Source of the DNA: a virus
DNA: 64,000 nucleotides
IMG/VR virus record: IMGVR_UViG_3300031539_000007
Coordinates: 1 to 64,000 of that record
Strand: one strand, 5' to 3'
A program made the translations under genes and the position numbers. Numbering within the stretch: position 1 is the first letter of the stretch; every line of letters begins with the position of its first letter. The notes below the pieces were generated by a model that worked only from the letters and a program-made list of their open reading frames with translations, was not told where the DNA came from and made no database searches. Shown in pieces: positions 57,482 to 64,000 of this stretch.

Positions 57482-58554
57482 TTAACGTACCGTGGGGACA
57501 GTGCATGCACGAAGGCGGAGTCGCTGCCCGTAATTATTACCGTGCTGAGAGCGCCCTTGATGTGCATCGTGATGTCACCACTGAAAGCACGTAGCGCCTC
57601 CCTCATATACTCCGCACACATTAGCAAGCATAGCTCGGCATCGCCCTCTGCCTGTACAGCTATATCGCCGCCGCCATCAGTGCCAGCAACGCTGACGACG
57701 ATGCTGCTGTTAGTGATAGCGAAGGTGATGGTGCCATCTCCCATCCCGTCAAACATAGAAGCGCGCCTGACTGCATCCAACAACGCCGACGAATCTACGG
57801 TAACTGTACAGCGACCGTCGGTGTCGAACATCCCAGTCTCTTCTACACTGGACTGAACACCGTCGCCGTTGACAAGCTGGGTAGAGAACAGGATTGCGCC
57901 AGTGTCAAATGTCATTCGCCCGTTGCCGCAGCCAACGGTAACAATATCAGTGCCAAGTATTTTCGACAGCTCGTTCGCAGAGCCAGGCGGAATCAGCGCC
58001 TCACAGACAGCCTCAGTGTCAGTTGTGTTCCTTGAGATGCGGTAGCCATCTAACCCCATGAACGCCAGCTTGCCATCAAGTGTGTACAACGCTACGCTAT
58101 TAAGCGTCGGGCGGCTTGCGTCATGGGACGCGAAAGGGGCGCAGTATTCAAGCGCCGCCTTTAGGACAGTGCCGTCAATCTCAAACGAGAAGTCGGCAGC
58201 CCCGGCAATCAGTGGGAACATATCAGCGGGCAGGCATTTGAATCTCACCTTCGTGTTACCGCTGACGAGCCTCAATACGTCATTGACCATCTCTAGCTGC
58301 ACCGTGTCGGTATTCAGCGAGGCTACCACATCCGCGAATAGCACCGGAACAACGGTAGCGAAGTCTTCGCCGCAATCAGCGTCCACGTACACCTCGACTG
58401 ACTTCTCGAAGTCGGTGGCGCACAGGCACATAATCCCATCAACAACTTTTAGCAGGATGTTCTGTGCGATAGGGATAGTCGTGCGTGCCGGGGCAATACG
58501 CTTGGCGATTGCTGTCCCACGCTTCAGTTCTTGGGTTGCTACCGTGATTTTCAT
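57478..58554 (-). CDS. dnaN: DNA polymerase III beta sliding clamp
   Basis: 358 aa; TTIPIAQNILL, ATDFE, FP, SRPTLNSV, DGYRI and LIP motifs. Confidence 0.9.
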   Translation of the reverse strand: MKITVATQELKRGTAIAKRIAPARTTIPIAQNILLKVVDGIMCLCATDFEKSVEVYVDADCGEDFATVVPVLFADVVASLNTDTVQLEMVNDVLRLVSGNTKVRFKCLPADMFPLIAGAADFSFEIDGTVLKAALEYCAPFASHDASRPTLNSVALYTLDGKLAFMGLDGYRISRNTTDTEAVCEALIPPGSANELSKILGTDIVTVGCGNGRMTFDTGAILFSTQLVNGDGVQSSVEETGMFDTDGRCTVTVDSSALLDAVRRASMFDGMGDGTITFAITNSSIVVSVAGTDGGGDIAVQAEGDAELCLLMCAEYMREALRAFSGDITMHIKGALSTVIITGSDSAFVHALSPRYVK

Positions 58555-58567
58555 TCAGTCTCCTTGC

Positions 58568-58768
58568 TTACCATCCGGGAAAATCTCCGAGATTCTGGAA
58601 TTCAAGCTCAGACATTTCGACAATTGTGAAAGTGATTGATTCTCCAGCGTCAAGCCAATCAAGCCCGGACGGGTCTAACTCCCCTGCGGCGAAGCTTGCT
58701 GCATTTTCCAGACTACAAATGTAGAATCCGCCAGCGCAATCGCTACGGGTAACTTTAATATATTTCAC
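58568..58768 (-). CDS. Hypothetical protein
   Basis: AAGGAG RBS, GTGA overlap. Confidence 0.6.
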   Translation of the reverse strand: MKYIKVTRSDCAGGFYICSLENAASFAAGELDPSGLDWLDAGESITFTIVEMSELEFQNLGDFPGW

Positions 58769-59358
58769 CTTAGAACTCCTTTCCGTAACTCCCTTGTGTT
58801 AATCGTAATCATCGCTTGTGCAATTGTTATTGGCGTGAAGTTTGTACAATCCACGCCCACATCTAATATCCGCTGGCCCGCTGGCGGCGCGTATGTGCCG
58901 TGGGAATGCCCGTGGAGGTGATACGCGCCGTGATGTTTCCTGTCCCACTCGGCTTGTGGATAGTGGCTCAATACAAACACGTCATCGTTCGATTCAAGCG
59001 CCACGATTGGCGGGACTGTTTGCACTTCGTATCGCCCGCCAGAAGAGAAGTAGGTGTTATTAAGAATCCAGCGCTTGTCGTGATGCCAGAAGTTATCAAG
59101 TATGTATATTTTGCCGTTAAGCAAACGAAAGAATTTGTCTGCTGCGTTTGTGCCACCAAGCGTGAAGTCGCCCAGATGAATAACTATATCATCCCGCCCG
59201 ACAACACCGTTCCAGTTACTCGCCATCACAGTATCCATTTCATCAGCGTCCGCGAACGGCCTGTTGGTGTACTTGATGATGTTCGCGTGAGAAAAGTGGT
59301 GGTCGGATGTGACAAAAACAGACAGCACCCTATCGCGCGGGATTGTTAATCTATTCAC
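58765..59358 (-). CDS. Calcineurin-like metallophosphoesterase
   Basis: TSDHHFSHANII, HLGDF, HHD, SHYP, HLHGHSH and DVGVD motifs. Confidence 0.92.
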   Translation of the reverse strand: MNRLTIPRDRVLSVFVTSDHHFSHANIIKYTNRPFADADEMDTVMASNWNGVVGRDDIVIHLGDFTLGGTNAADKFFRLLNGKIYILDNFWHHDKRWILNNTYFSSGGRYEVQTVPPIVALESNDDVFVLSHYPQAEWDRKHHGAYHLHGHSHGTYAPPAGQRILDVGVDCTNFTPITIAQAMITINTRELRKGVLR

Positions 59359-59617
59359 TGCGATAACCCCCTAAAATATGCTCGACTTCTTCGCCGTCTG
59401 ATTCCCACGCGATCTCATCAATCGCGCCAAACTTCATCAACGAAGCCAGAACATCAGCCAGCACTACGGACTCTTCGCAATCTGTAAAGTGTACCAGGAT
59501 GGGATTTCTATTAAAGTGGAGAGTAAGCACGTCTAGTGCCTCTTGTGCGGTTCTACACCACAGCCACTCAGGGGAAGGGGAAGGGGATTCTGTCTCGCTA
59601 ATCCAAACCCTAATCAT
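59351..59617 (-). CDS. Hypothetical protein, weakly like cyclic-phosphate-processing receiver domains
   Basis: RVWISE...P.PEWLWCRTAQEALDVL. Confidence 0.45.
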   Translation of the reverse strand: MIRVWISETESPSPSPEWLWCRTAQEALDVLTLHFNRNPILVHFTDCEESVVLADVLASLMKFGAIDEIAWESDGEEVEHILGGYRSE

Positions 59618-59795
59618 CCGCATCAAGCACGTCGGCGATGGCATACAGCACGTCACAGAGCCATTCGATGTCGGGGTACTTGTCTTCGTACTCATCTTTG
59701 AGTAGCCGTACAATGCGCCGCAACTTCATAGCGAGCACGTCCGGCTTGCTGTCTGCAACCAATACGTCGTAGATGCCTAGCAAATGCTTGGTCAT
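59610..59795 (-). CDS. Hypothetical protein
   Basis: GGAG RBS, ATG 59795. Confidence 0.55.
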   Translation of the reverse strand: MTKHLLGIYDVLVADSKPDVLAMKLRRIVRLLKDEYEDKYPDIEWLCDVLYAIADVLDADD

Positions 59796-59796
59796 G

Positions 59797-60003
59797 TTAC
59801 ACTCCATATCCGAATATGGGCGACAGCGATACGTGGTTGTAATGCCGCTGACACCAATCGTTGATAGCCGACTTCCTGCGCGGCGAGACCGGGTAGCGCC
59901 TGATTGTCTCGCCGCGCTTGACGCTGACGACATAACTGTTGATAGTCACGTCGTAGCTGATGTACACGAGCCTAAACAAGCGCCATCTCCAACTGTTCGG
60001 CAT
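59797..60003 (-). CDS. Hypothetical protein
   Basis: GAGG RBS, ATG 60003. Confidence 0.5.
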   Translation of the reverse strand: MPNSWRWRLFRLVYISYDVTINSYVVSVKRGETIRRYPVSPRRKSAINDWCQRHYNHVSLSPIFGYGV

Positions 60004-61036
60004 TAACCTCTGCGGCCTCTGGATAACGATAGCCAGACTCCTTGCGCAGAATCTCACCAGACATCCTCTCCATAGCTTCCTGGAAGGTCTCGCTGTCCTG
60101 TCGTTGCGCTACATAGGTAACAGCGTTGACGACATCCATCAGACGCGGTTCGCGTGCTCTGCCATACTCGCCAGCATTGCCAGTAGTCGCACCGACGGTT
60201 TCATCAATCACAGATTTAGACACACCATACTTCTTGGCGTAGCGCTCCAGTAATGGGCGCACTGTTTTCTGTTCGATGTGAATACTCTCGCTGGCGACAA
60301 ATAAACGGGCGGCGACCTCTGACATTTGTAGCGCGGTAGCCATTGCCGCCGCAATCATAGCCGCCATCATACTTTGGTCGTAGTAGCGATGGTTGAACAC
60401 CATTGCCTCTTTACATTCCCATCCAAATACCAGCCCGTTGGTACACACAGAGCGATATAGGCCACCGGCAATCTTCGCGCCACCATCACCAATCTCAGAG
60501 TTACGGATATAGACGCCCAAGTGCAGCCCGCCATACTTGTCCGACAGTTCAATCTCAGGGAAGAGCACGTAAGCACGTAGGTGGTCGTCAACACTCGGAC
60601 GGTGAACTACCGCGTGCGCACCGTCGATATGGTTCTCAAATAGCCCAACGAACCGGCTGTTGTCAAACACCGTGTACTCATCACTGAGTACGGCACGCAC
60701 CACATCACCCTTAGAGCGCACAAGATACTCGCGCCCTTTGCCAGCTTCCTGTTGCAGCATGCGATTAAAAACCTCTGGCTCGAAATCTGGCGGGCACTTT
60801 TTTTCAAGCCAGTGAATATCAGGCCCGCCAATGCGCCCGTTAAGTTGGCGGTACGCATAATCTGACAGATAGCCAGTTAGCGTCATCTCGCGCTGGAAGA
60901 GGGTGCTCGGAACGCGGTATCGCAGCGCCTTATCGCCTACGTACACCACATCTTTGGCGTGCGTGGTGTGGTCATAACAATCAACGGCGTACTCATCTAC
61001 GCTTTCTCGTAGTGCTTGCAGCGTGCTTGCGCTCAT
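59972..61036 (-). CDS. DUF932-like phage/plasmid protein
   Basis: RAVLSDEY..FDN, IRNSEIG and YRSVCTNGL motifs; GGAGG RBS at ATG 61036. Confidence 0.78.
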   Translation of the reverse strand: MSASTLQALRESVDEYAVDCYDHTTHAKDVVYVGDKALRYRVPSTLFQREMTLTGYLSDYAYRQLNGRIGGPDIHWLEKKCPPDFEPEVFNRMLQQEAGKGREYLVRSKGDVVRAVLSDEYTVFDNSRFVGLFENHIDGAHAVVHRPSVDDHLRAYVLFPEIELSDKYGGLHLGVYIRNSEIGDGGAKIAGGLYRSVCTNGLVFGWECKEAMVFNHRYYDQSMMAAMIAAAMATALQMSEVAARLFVASESIHIEQKTVRPLLERYAKKYGVSKSVIDETVGATTGNAGEYGRAREPRLMDVVNAVTYVAQRQDSETFQEAMERMSGEILRKESGYRYPEAAEVNAEQLEMALV

Positions 61037-61235
61037 CGTGTGCCTCCTCTCTGATTTCTGGAATGAATCTCTTCGCAAAGTCATCAACCGGCCCACCGTC
61101 AATGACAAACATCCTCAAAATTGCCATCGCGAACGACTTGAGACCTGTGTGCTCTTTCGCCAATGCAATGGCAATGTCGCGGTCGCCACCTTCAAGGGTC
61201 GCGATCCACTCAGCAATCTCCTTCACGGCGAGCAT
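60993..61235 (-). CDS. Hypothetical protein
   Basis: GGAGG RBS, 80 aa. Confidence 0.6.
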   Translation of the reverse strand: MLAVKEIAEWIATLEGGDRDIAIALAKEHTGLKSFAMAILRMFVIDGGPVDDFAKRFIPEIREEAHDERKHAASTTRKRR

Positions 61236-61450
61236 TTACCAGCCTCCGACAGTGCGAAGATTACTGGCTCTGGTGTGTACGAGACACAGAAGAACTCATT
61301 GTTCACCTTGTACCCATGCTCAAAGCCAGCGGACTCACAAACATTGTCCAATGAATTCCCTGCAAGGGCTGTGCCGACAACCAGGCCAAACACAAAGACC
61401 AACGCCACGAGCGCCATCACAAAAGCAAAAACTCCACCGTTGTCTTCCAT
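61223..61450 (-). CDS. Hypothetical membrane protein
   Basis: GGAGG RBS; N-terminal TM helix. Confidence 0.6.
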   Translation of the reverse strand: MEDNGGVFAFVMALVALVFVFGLVVGTALAGNSLDNVCESAGFEHGYKVNNEFFCVSYTPEPVIFALSEAGKCSP

Positions 61451-61521
61451 CGTTTCCCTCCTATCAAGTGATAAGCCAAGTATAGCACATACGCGCCGCC
61501 AGCATAGTGACAAACATCACG

Positions 61522-61722
61522 TTAGTCTTTGACGTATGTTACTCTGCCAGTGTCGATCCCCACATGCCGTGCTTCTGACAAGGAGCGGGTTTGAATCATA
61601 CACCGCTGCATCTTCGCGCTTACGCCAGCGCGTGTAGCACTATACCGCTTTGCTATCTCTATCTGCGACAAACCCTCTTCGTCGTATAGCCTTTTCAGCG
61701 TCGCGCAATCAGGTAGTTTCAA
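61522..61722 (-). CDS. Small HTH DNA-binding protein
   Basis: LKRLYDEEGLSQIEIAKRY...RS.SEA. Confidence 0.65.
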   Translation of the reverse strand: MKLPDCATLKRLYDEEGLSQIEIAKRYSATRAGVSAKMQRCMIQTRSLSEARHVGIDTGRVTYVKD

Positions 61723-62060
61723 AGCACATCTCCCTCGCAATCCTTGCAGTACCAATTACAACCAGAGCCACGGATAGACGACACTGGATGGCCGCATAGC
61801 ATTGTGCCTTCTGTGGCCTTTTCTGTGCCAGCCTCGATAACGGCCAGCATAAGCTCGGCTTGCAATACAGCTCTCGCTATGTCGAATTCCCACTCGGCAA
61901 TACGCTGCACAGACGGGAAGAACAACGGGCGGATGACGCAGGCCCACGCTTTACCAATAAAGCCAATGCCGTACATAGTGTCCCTGGATTGCTCGTAAGC
62001 AGACCAGCTCGGCAGGCCAGACATCTTGACGGTGATTCCTAAATTATTCAACCAGCTCAT
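61719..62060 (-). CDS. Hypothetical protein
   Basis: AAGGAG RBS, ATG 62060. Confidence 0.55.
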   Translation of the reverse strand: MSWLNNLGITVKMSGLPSWSAYEQSRDTMYGIGFIGKAWACVIRPLFFPSVQRIAEWEFDIARAVLQAELMLAVIEAGTEKATEGTMLCGHPVSSIRGSGCNWYCKDCEGDVL

Positions 62061-63426
62061 TGCCATTCTCCTTGTCATACGACGCACATTGTTCCCAAAC
62101 CTTCAGCATCTCTTCTCCGTGAGGCATGAAGCTACCCGAAATACGGGAGCTACCCATTCTACGGCCCGTCACATCAAATAGCGCTCGATTCACTTTGTCA
62201 CGCCCCCATCCATCTTGGACTGCATACAGTGCCACAACGCTTTCGGCATTGTCAAAGGGCAGCGGGGCTGGCCCCGGCTTAGTATCTAATATGTCCGCCC
62301 TGTTGAACGCGGGCCAAGATTTCATGCGTGGCTCGCCGCCCCCCAGCGCTTTGGCCTGGGCTTCTGATGTGTATGCTATCAACATCCGCGTTGTCAGTGT
62401 GTCGGTACACAAGTACGCATCGCCTGAGCCTGAGAGGAAATCTGCTCGCGGGCGCACATCGCCAACAATAGCTTCGCTCTCAAAGCGGTCGGACACATTT
62501 AAGGCCAGACGTACACCAAACTGCGCGCGTGTACCTTGTCCGCTATCGCCGAACATCTTTTGCTTGGGCGACTGCGTAGCGCATAGTAGGAAGATGCTCA
62601 CTTCGCGACCCATCTTCGATAGTAGAAATAGGAGGGAACTCACCGTGTCGTCAGCCATCGTGAACATATCAAAGTCGTCAAAGATGATGTACAGCGGCGA
62701 GAACTTCTCGGCGTCCTCGTCTGTGGCGTGGTTGCGCTCGCACATCAGACGATAGCACCATCCCAGAGCGTTGAGCACGCTTGCGCCATCTGTCGCCATC
62801 GGCCCTACCTGTCGCGGGAGTCCATTGATTACACCCAGCCCGCGGTTCCCTTTCCCGTTCAGGAGCACGAACTCGGCGTCTTCTGCAAGCACAAGCTGCC
62901 GCAGAATTGTCCAAGTGGCTACTGTCTTTCCAGAGCCGGTGCGCCCGCCGACAAGAATGTGGTGTGCTATTTGCTGGTTGAGTGTAACCACAACTGTCCC
63001 GCCACGCCCATCAATGCCGAGCGTGAAGCTGCGCCCCTTACCAGGTCGCTGCGATAGCTCTTCAAGGCCAATGTGCGTTGTTTGTAACTCTATAGGCCAT
63101 TGCGCCTCAATGTGCAGGCGTTTGCCGCTCCAATCAACGAGCGGTTCAATAGATGATACATCGTCTATCCAGGTGTCAGGGAATAGCCCGCGCGCCTTTG
63201 CGTTCTTCTGGGCGCTTAGGGCTTGGTACAAACGGTCGCCAGCGGTTCCTGGCTTAACACTGACAATCCCTGAGCGTGGCCCAGGGATGTACTTCAACTT
63301 CTCAATTGCAATTGGCGTTCCGCTATTAAAGGCGGGGTCTGAATAACACGCCGCCCACAACGCTGCGCCCAGACTGCCGAGCAGCTTCTCGCGCTCTCTG
63401 AGTAAGAACCTACGATCCTGTGGCAT
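62044..63426 (-). CDS. FtsK/SpoIIIE-family ATPase
   Basis: HILVGGRTGSGKT, IIFDDF, MGREVSIFLLCATQSP and LSGSGDA motifs. Confidence 0.85.
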   Translation of the reverse strand: MPQDRRFLLREREKLLGSLGAALWAACYSDPAFNSGTPIAIEKLKYIPGPRSGIVSVKPGTAGDRLYQALSAQKNAKARGLFPDTWIDDVSSIEPLVDWSGKRLHIEAQWPIELQTTHIGLEELSQRPGKGRSFTLGIDGRGGTVVVTLNQQIAHHILVGGRTGSGKTVATWTILRQLVLAEDAEFVLLNGKGNRGLGVINGLPRQVGPMATDGASVLNALGWCYRLMCERNHATDEDAEKFSPLYIIFDDFDMFTMADDTVSSLLFLLSKMGREVSIFLLCATQSPKQKMFGDSGQGTRAQFGVRLALNVSDRFESEAIVGDVRPRADFLSGSGDAYLCTDTLTTRMLIAYTSEAQAKALGGGEPRMKSWPAFNRADILDTKPGPAPLPFDNAESVVALYAVQDGWGRDKVNRALFDVTGRRMGSSRISGSFMPHGEEMLKVWEQCASYDKENGNELVE

Positions 63427-63796
63427 TCTCTTCCACAACAATATCTGGAACTGGAATCACTTTCGCCGTTTTGTTCTTGTCGTACACAATCACAACGAGT
63501 GCCGTCAACGTAACTACGGCGACAAAAGTTGTAATAGTAGCTACCACAATCAACAAATAGTACGACTGTGTTGCCAGTTGCGTGTCAGTGTACACTGCAT
63601 TCGCACCGGCGTTCATGAGACTCGCCTGGGCATCAAGCACGGCGCGATTCCCCTTGGCAACCTCTAGCGCCGCCTGTTGCTGGGCGCGACTCGCCGCAGC
63701 GTTATCACGAATGACACCCATGCCGCCGCCGAGGACAAGTACCAGCACAGCGACTACGACCAAGGCGATTACAATTGTTACAGGGCTGTCATTCAT
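63410..63796 (-). CDS. 2-TM membrane protein
   Basis: TAAGGAG RBS; two hydrophobic helices; directly upstream of the FtsK-like gene. Confidence 0.7.
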   Translation of the reverse strand: MNDSPVTIVIALVVVAVLVLVLGGGMGVIRDNAAASRAQQQAALEVAKGNRAVLDAQASLMNAGANAVYTDTQLATQSYYLLIVVATITTFVAVVTLTALVVIVYDKNKTAKVIPVPDIVVEENATGS

Positions 63797-63805
63797 AGTT
63801 TCTCC

Positions 63806-64000
63806 TTACTCAACTACCATAACTGGCGTTTCTTGCATTGGAATATCTTCGCGTGGCTCGCGTGGGTACGTTAGCCACCGACTGTTGATAAGCAATCCGG
63901 GCGCGGCGCGCACGCTGTCGGACAGGTTGGGGAAGCCCATCTCGCGCAGGATGCGCCAGAGGATTTCCTTCGCCGTAAACGCTTCCCCGATAGGCACACA
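63806..64000 (-). CDS. Hypothetical protein, partial (start outside the window)
   Basis: Frame open to the window edge, stop at 63806. Confidence 0.5.
   Translation of the reverse strand, partial: CVPIGEAFTAKEILWRILREMGFPNLSDSVRAAPGLLINSRWLTYPREPREDIPMQETPVMVVE

Larger units (their letters stand above)
1..64000. mobile_element. Tailed dsDNA bacteriophage (siphovirus-like) genome segment
   Basis: Terminase, portal, protease/scaffold, capsid, neck, tail tube, chaperone, tape measure and tail fibre genes in canonical order, plus phage-type DNA metabolism genes; no host housekeeping flanks. Confidence 0.96.

Noticed and set aside
1-64000. Diversity-generating retroelement, tRNA genes, integrase/att sites, alternative genetic code
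   Set aside because: No reverse transcriptase, TR/VR pair, cloverleaf or recombinase recognised by eye; conserved genes are intact under the standard code

Overview
The window is 64 kb of a tailed dsDNA phage genome (siphovirus-like), with no host genes, integrase or att site visible. Bases 1-37.5 kb hold a leftward virion module: holin, portal-MuF fusion, ChaB-protease-scaffold, capsid, head accessory proteins, neck, tail tube, frameshifted chaperone, tape measure, Dit/hub and tail fibre. A rightward block of small ORFs plus a DNA methyltransferase (37.6-40.8 kb) separates this from the leftward terminase genes (40.8-42.9 kb). Next comes a rightward block (HNH, phosphoesterase, resolvase, RecA, LAGLIDADG, multi-domain lysin, class II RNR), then a convergent leftward block (FtsK-like ATPase, DUF932-like protein, phosphoesterase, beta-clamp, second DNA methyltransferase). 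The main candidate novel system is a phage-encoded mucin-like O-glycosylation module embedded among the head and neck genes. It comprises two long Ser-X alternating repeat proteins and, directly downstream, two paralogous glycosyltransferases with polypeptide GalNAc-transferase (GT27)-like motifs and an O-methyltransferase. Four further glycosyltransferases, a sugar epimerase and a glycoside hydrolase lie nearby. A second notable signal is that both DNA methyltransferases end in QGSLF, a beta-clamp-binding-like motif, and the phage encodes its own clamp. A shared TTAAGGT promoter motif precedes the leftward late units. Weak clues suggest a Chloroflexota host. All calls come from motif recognition by eye; no database search was run.
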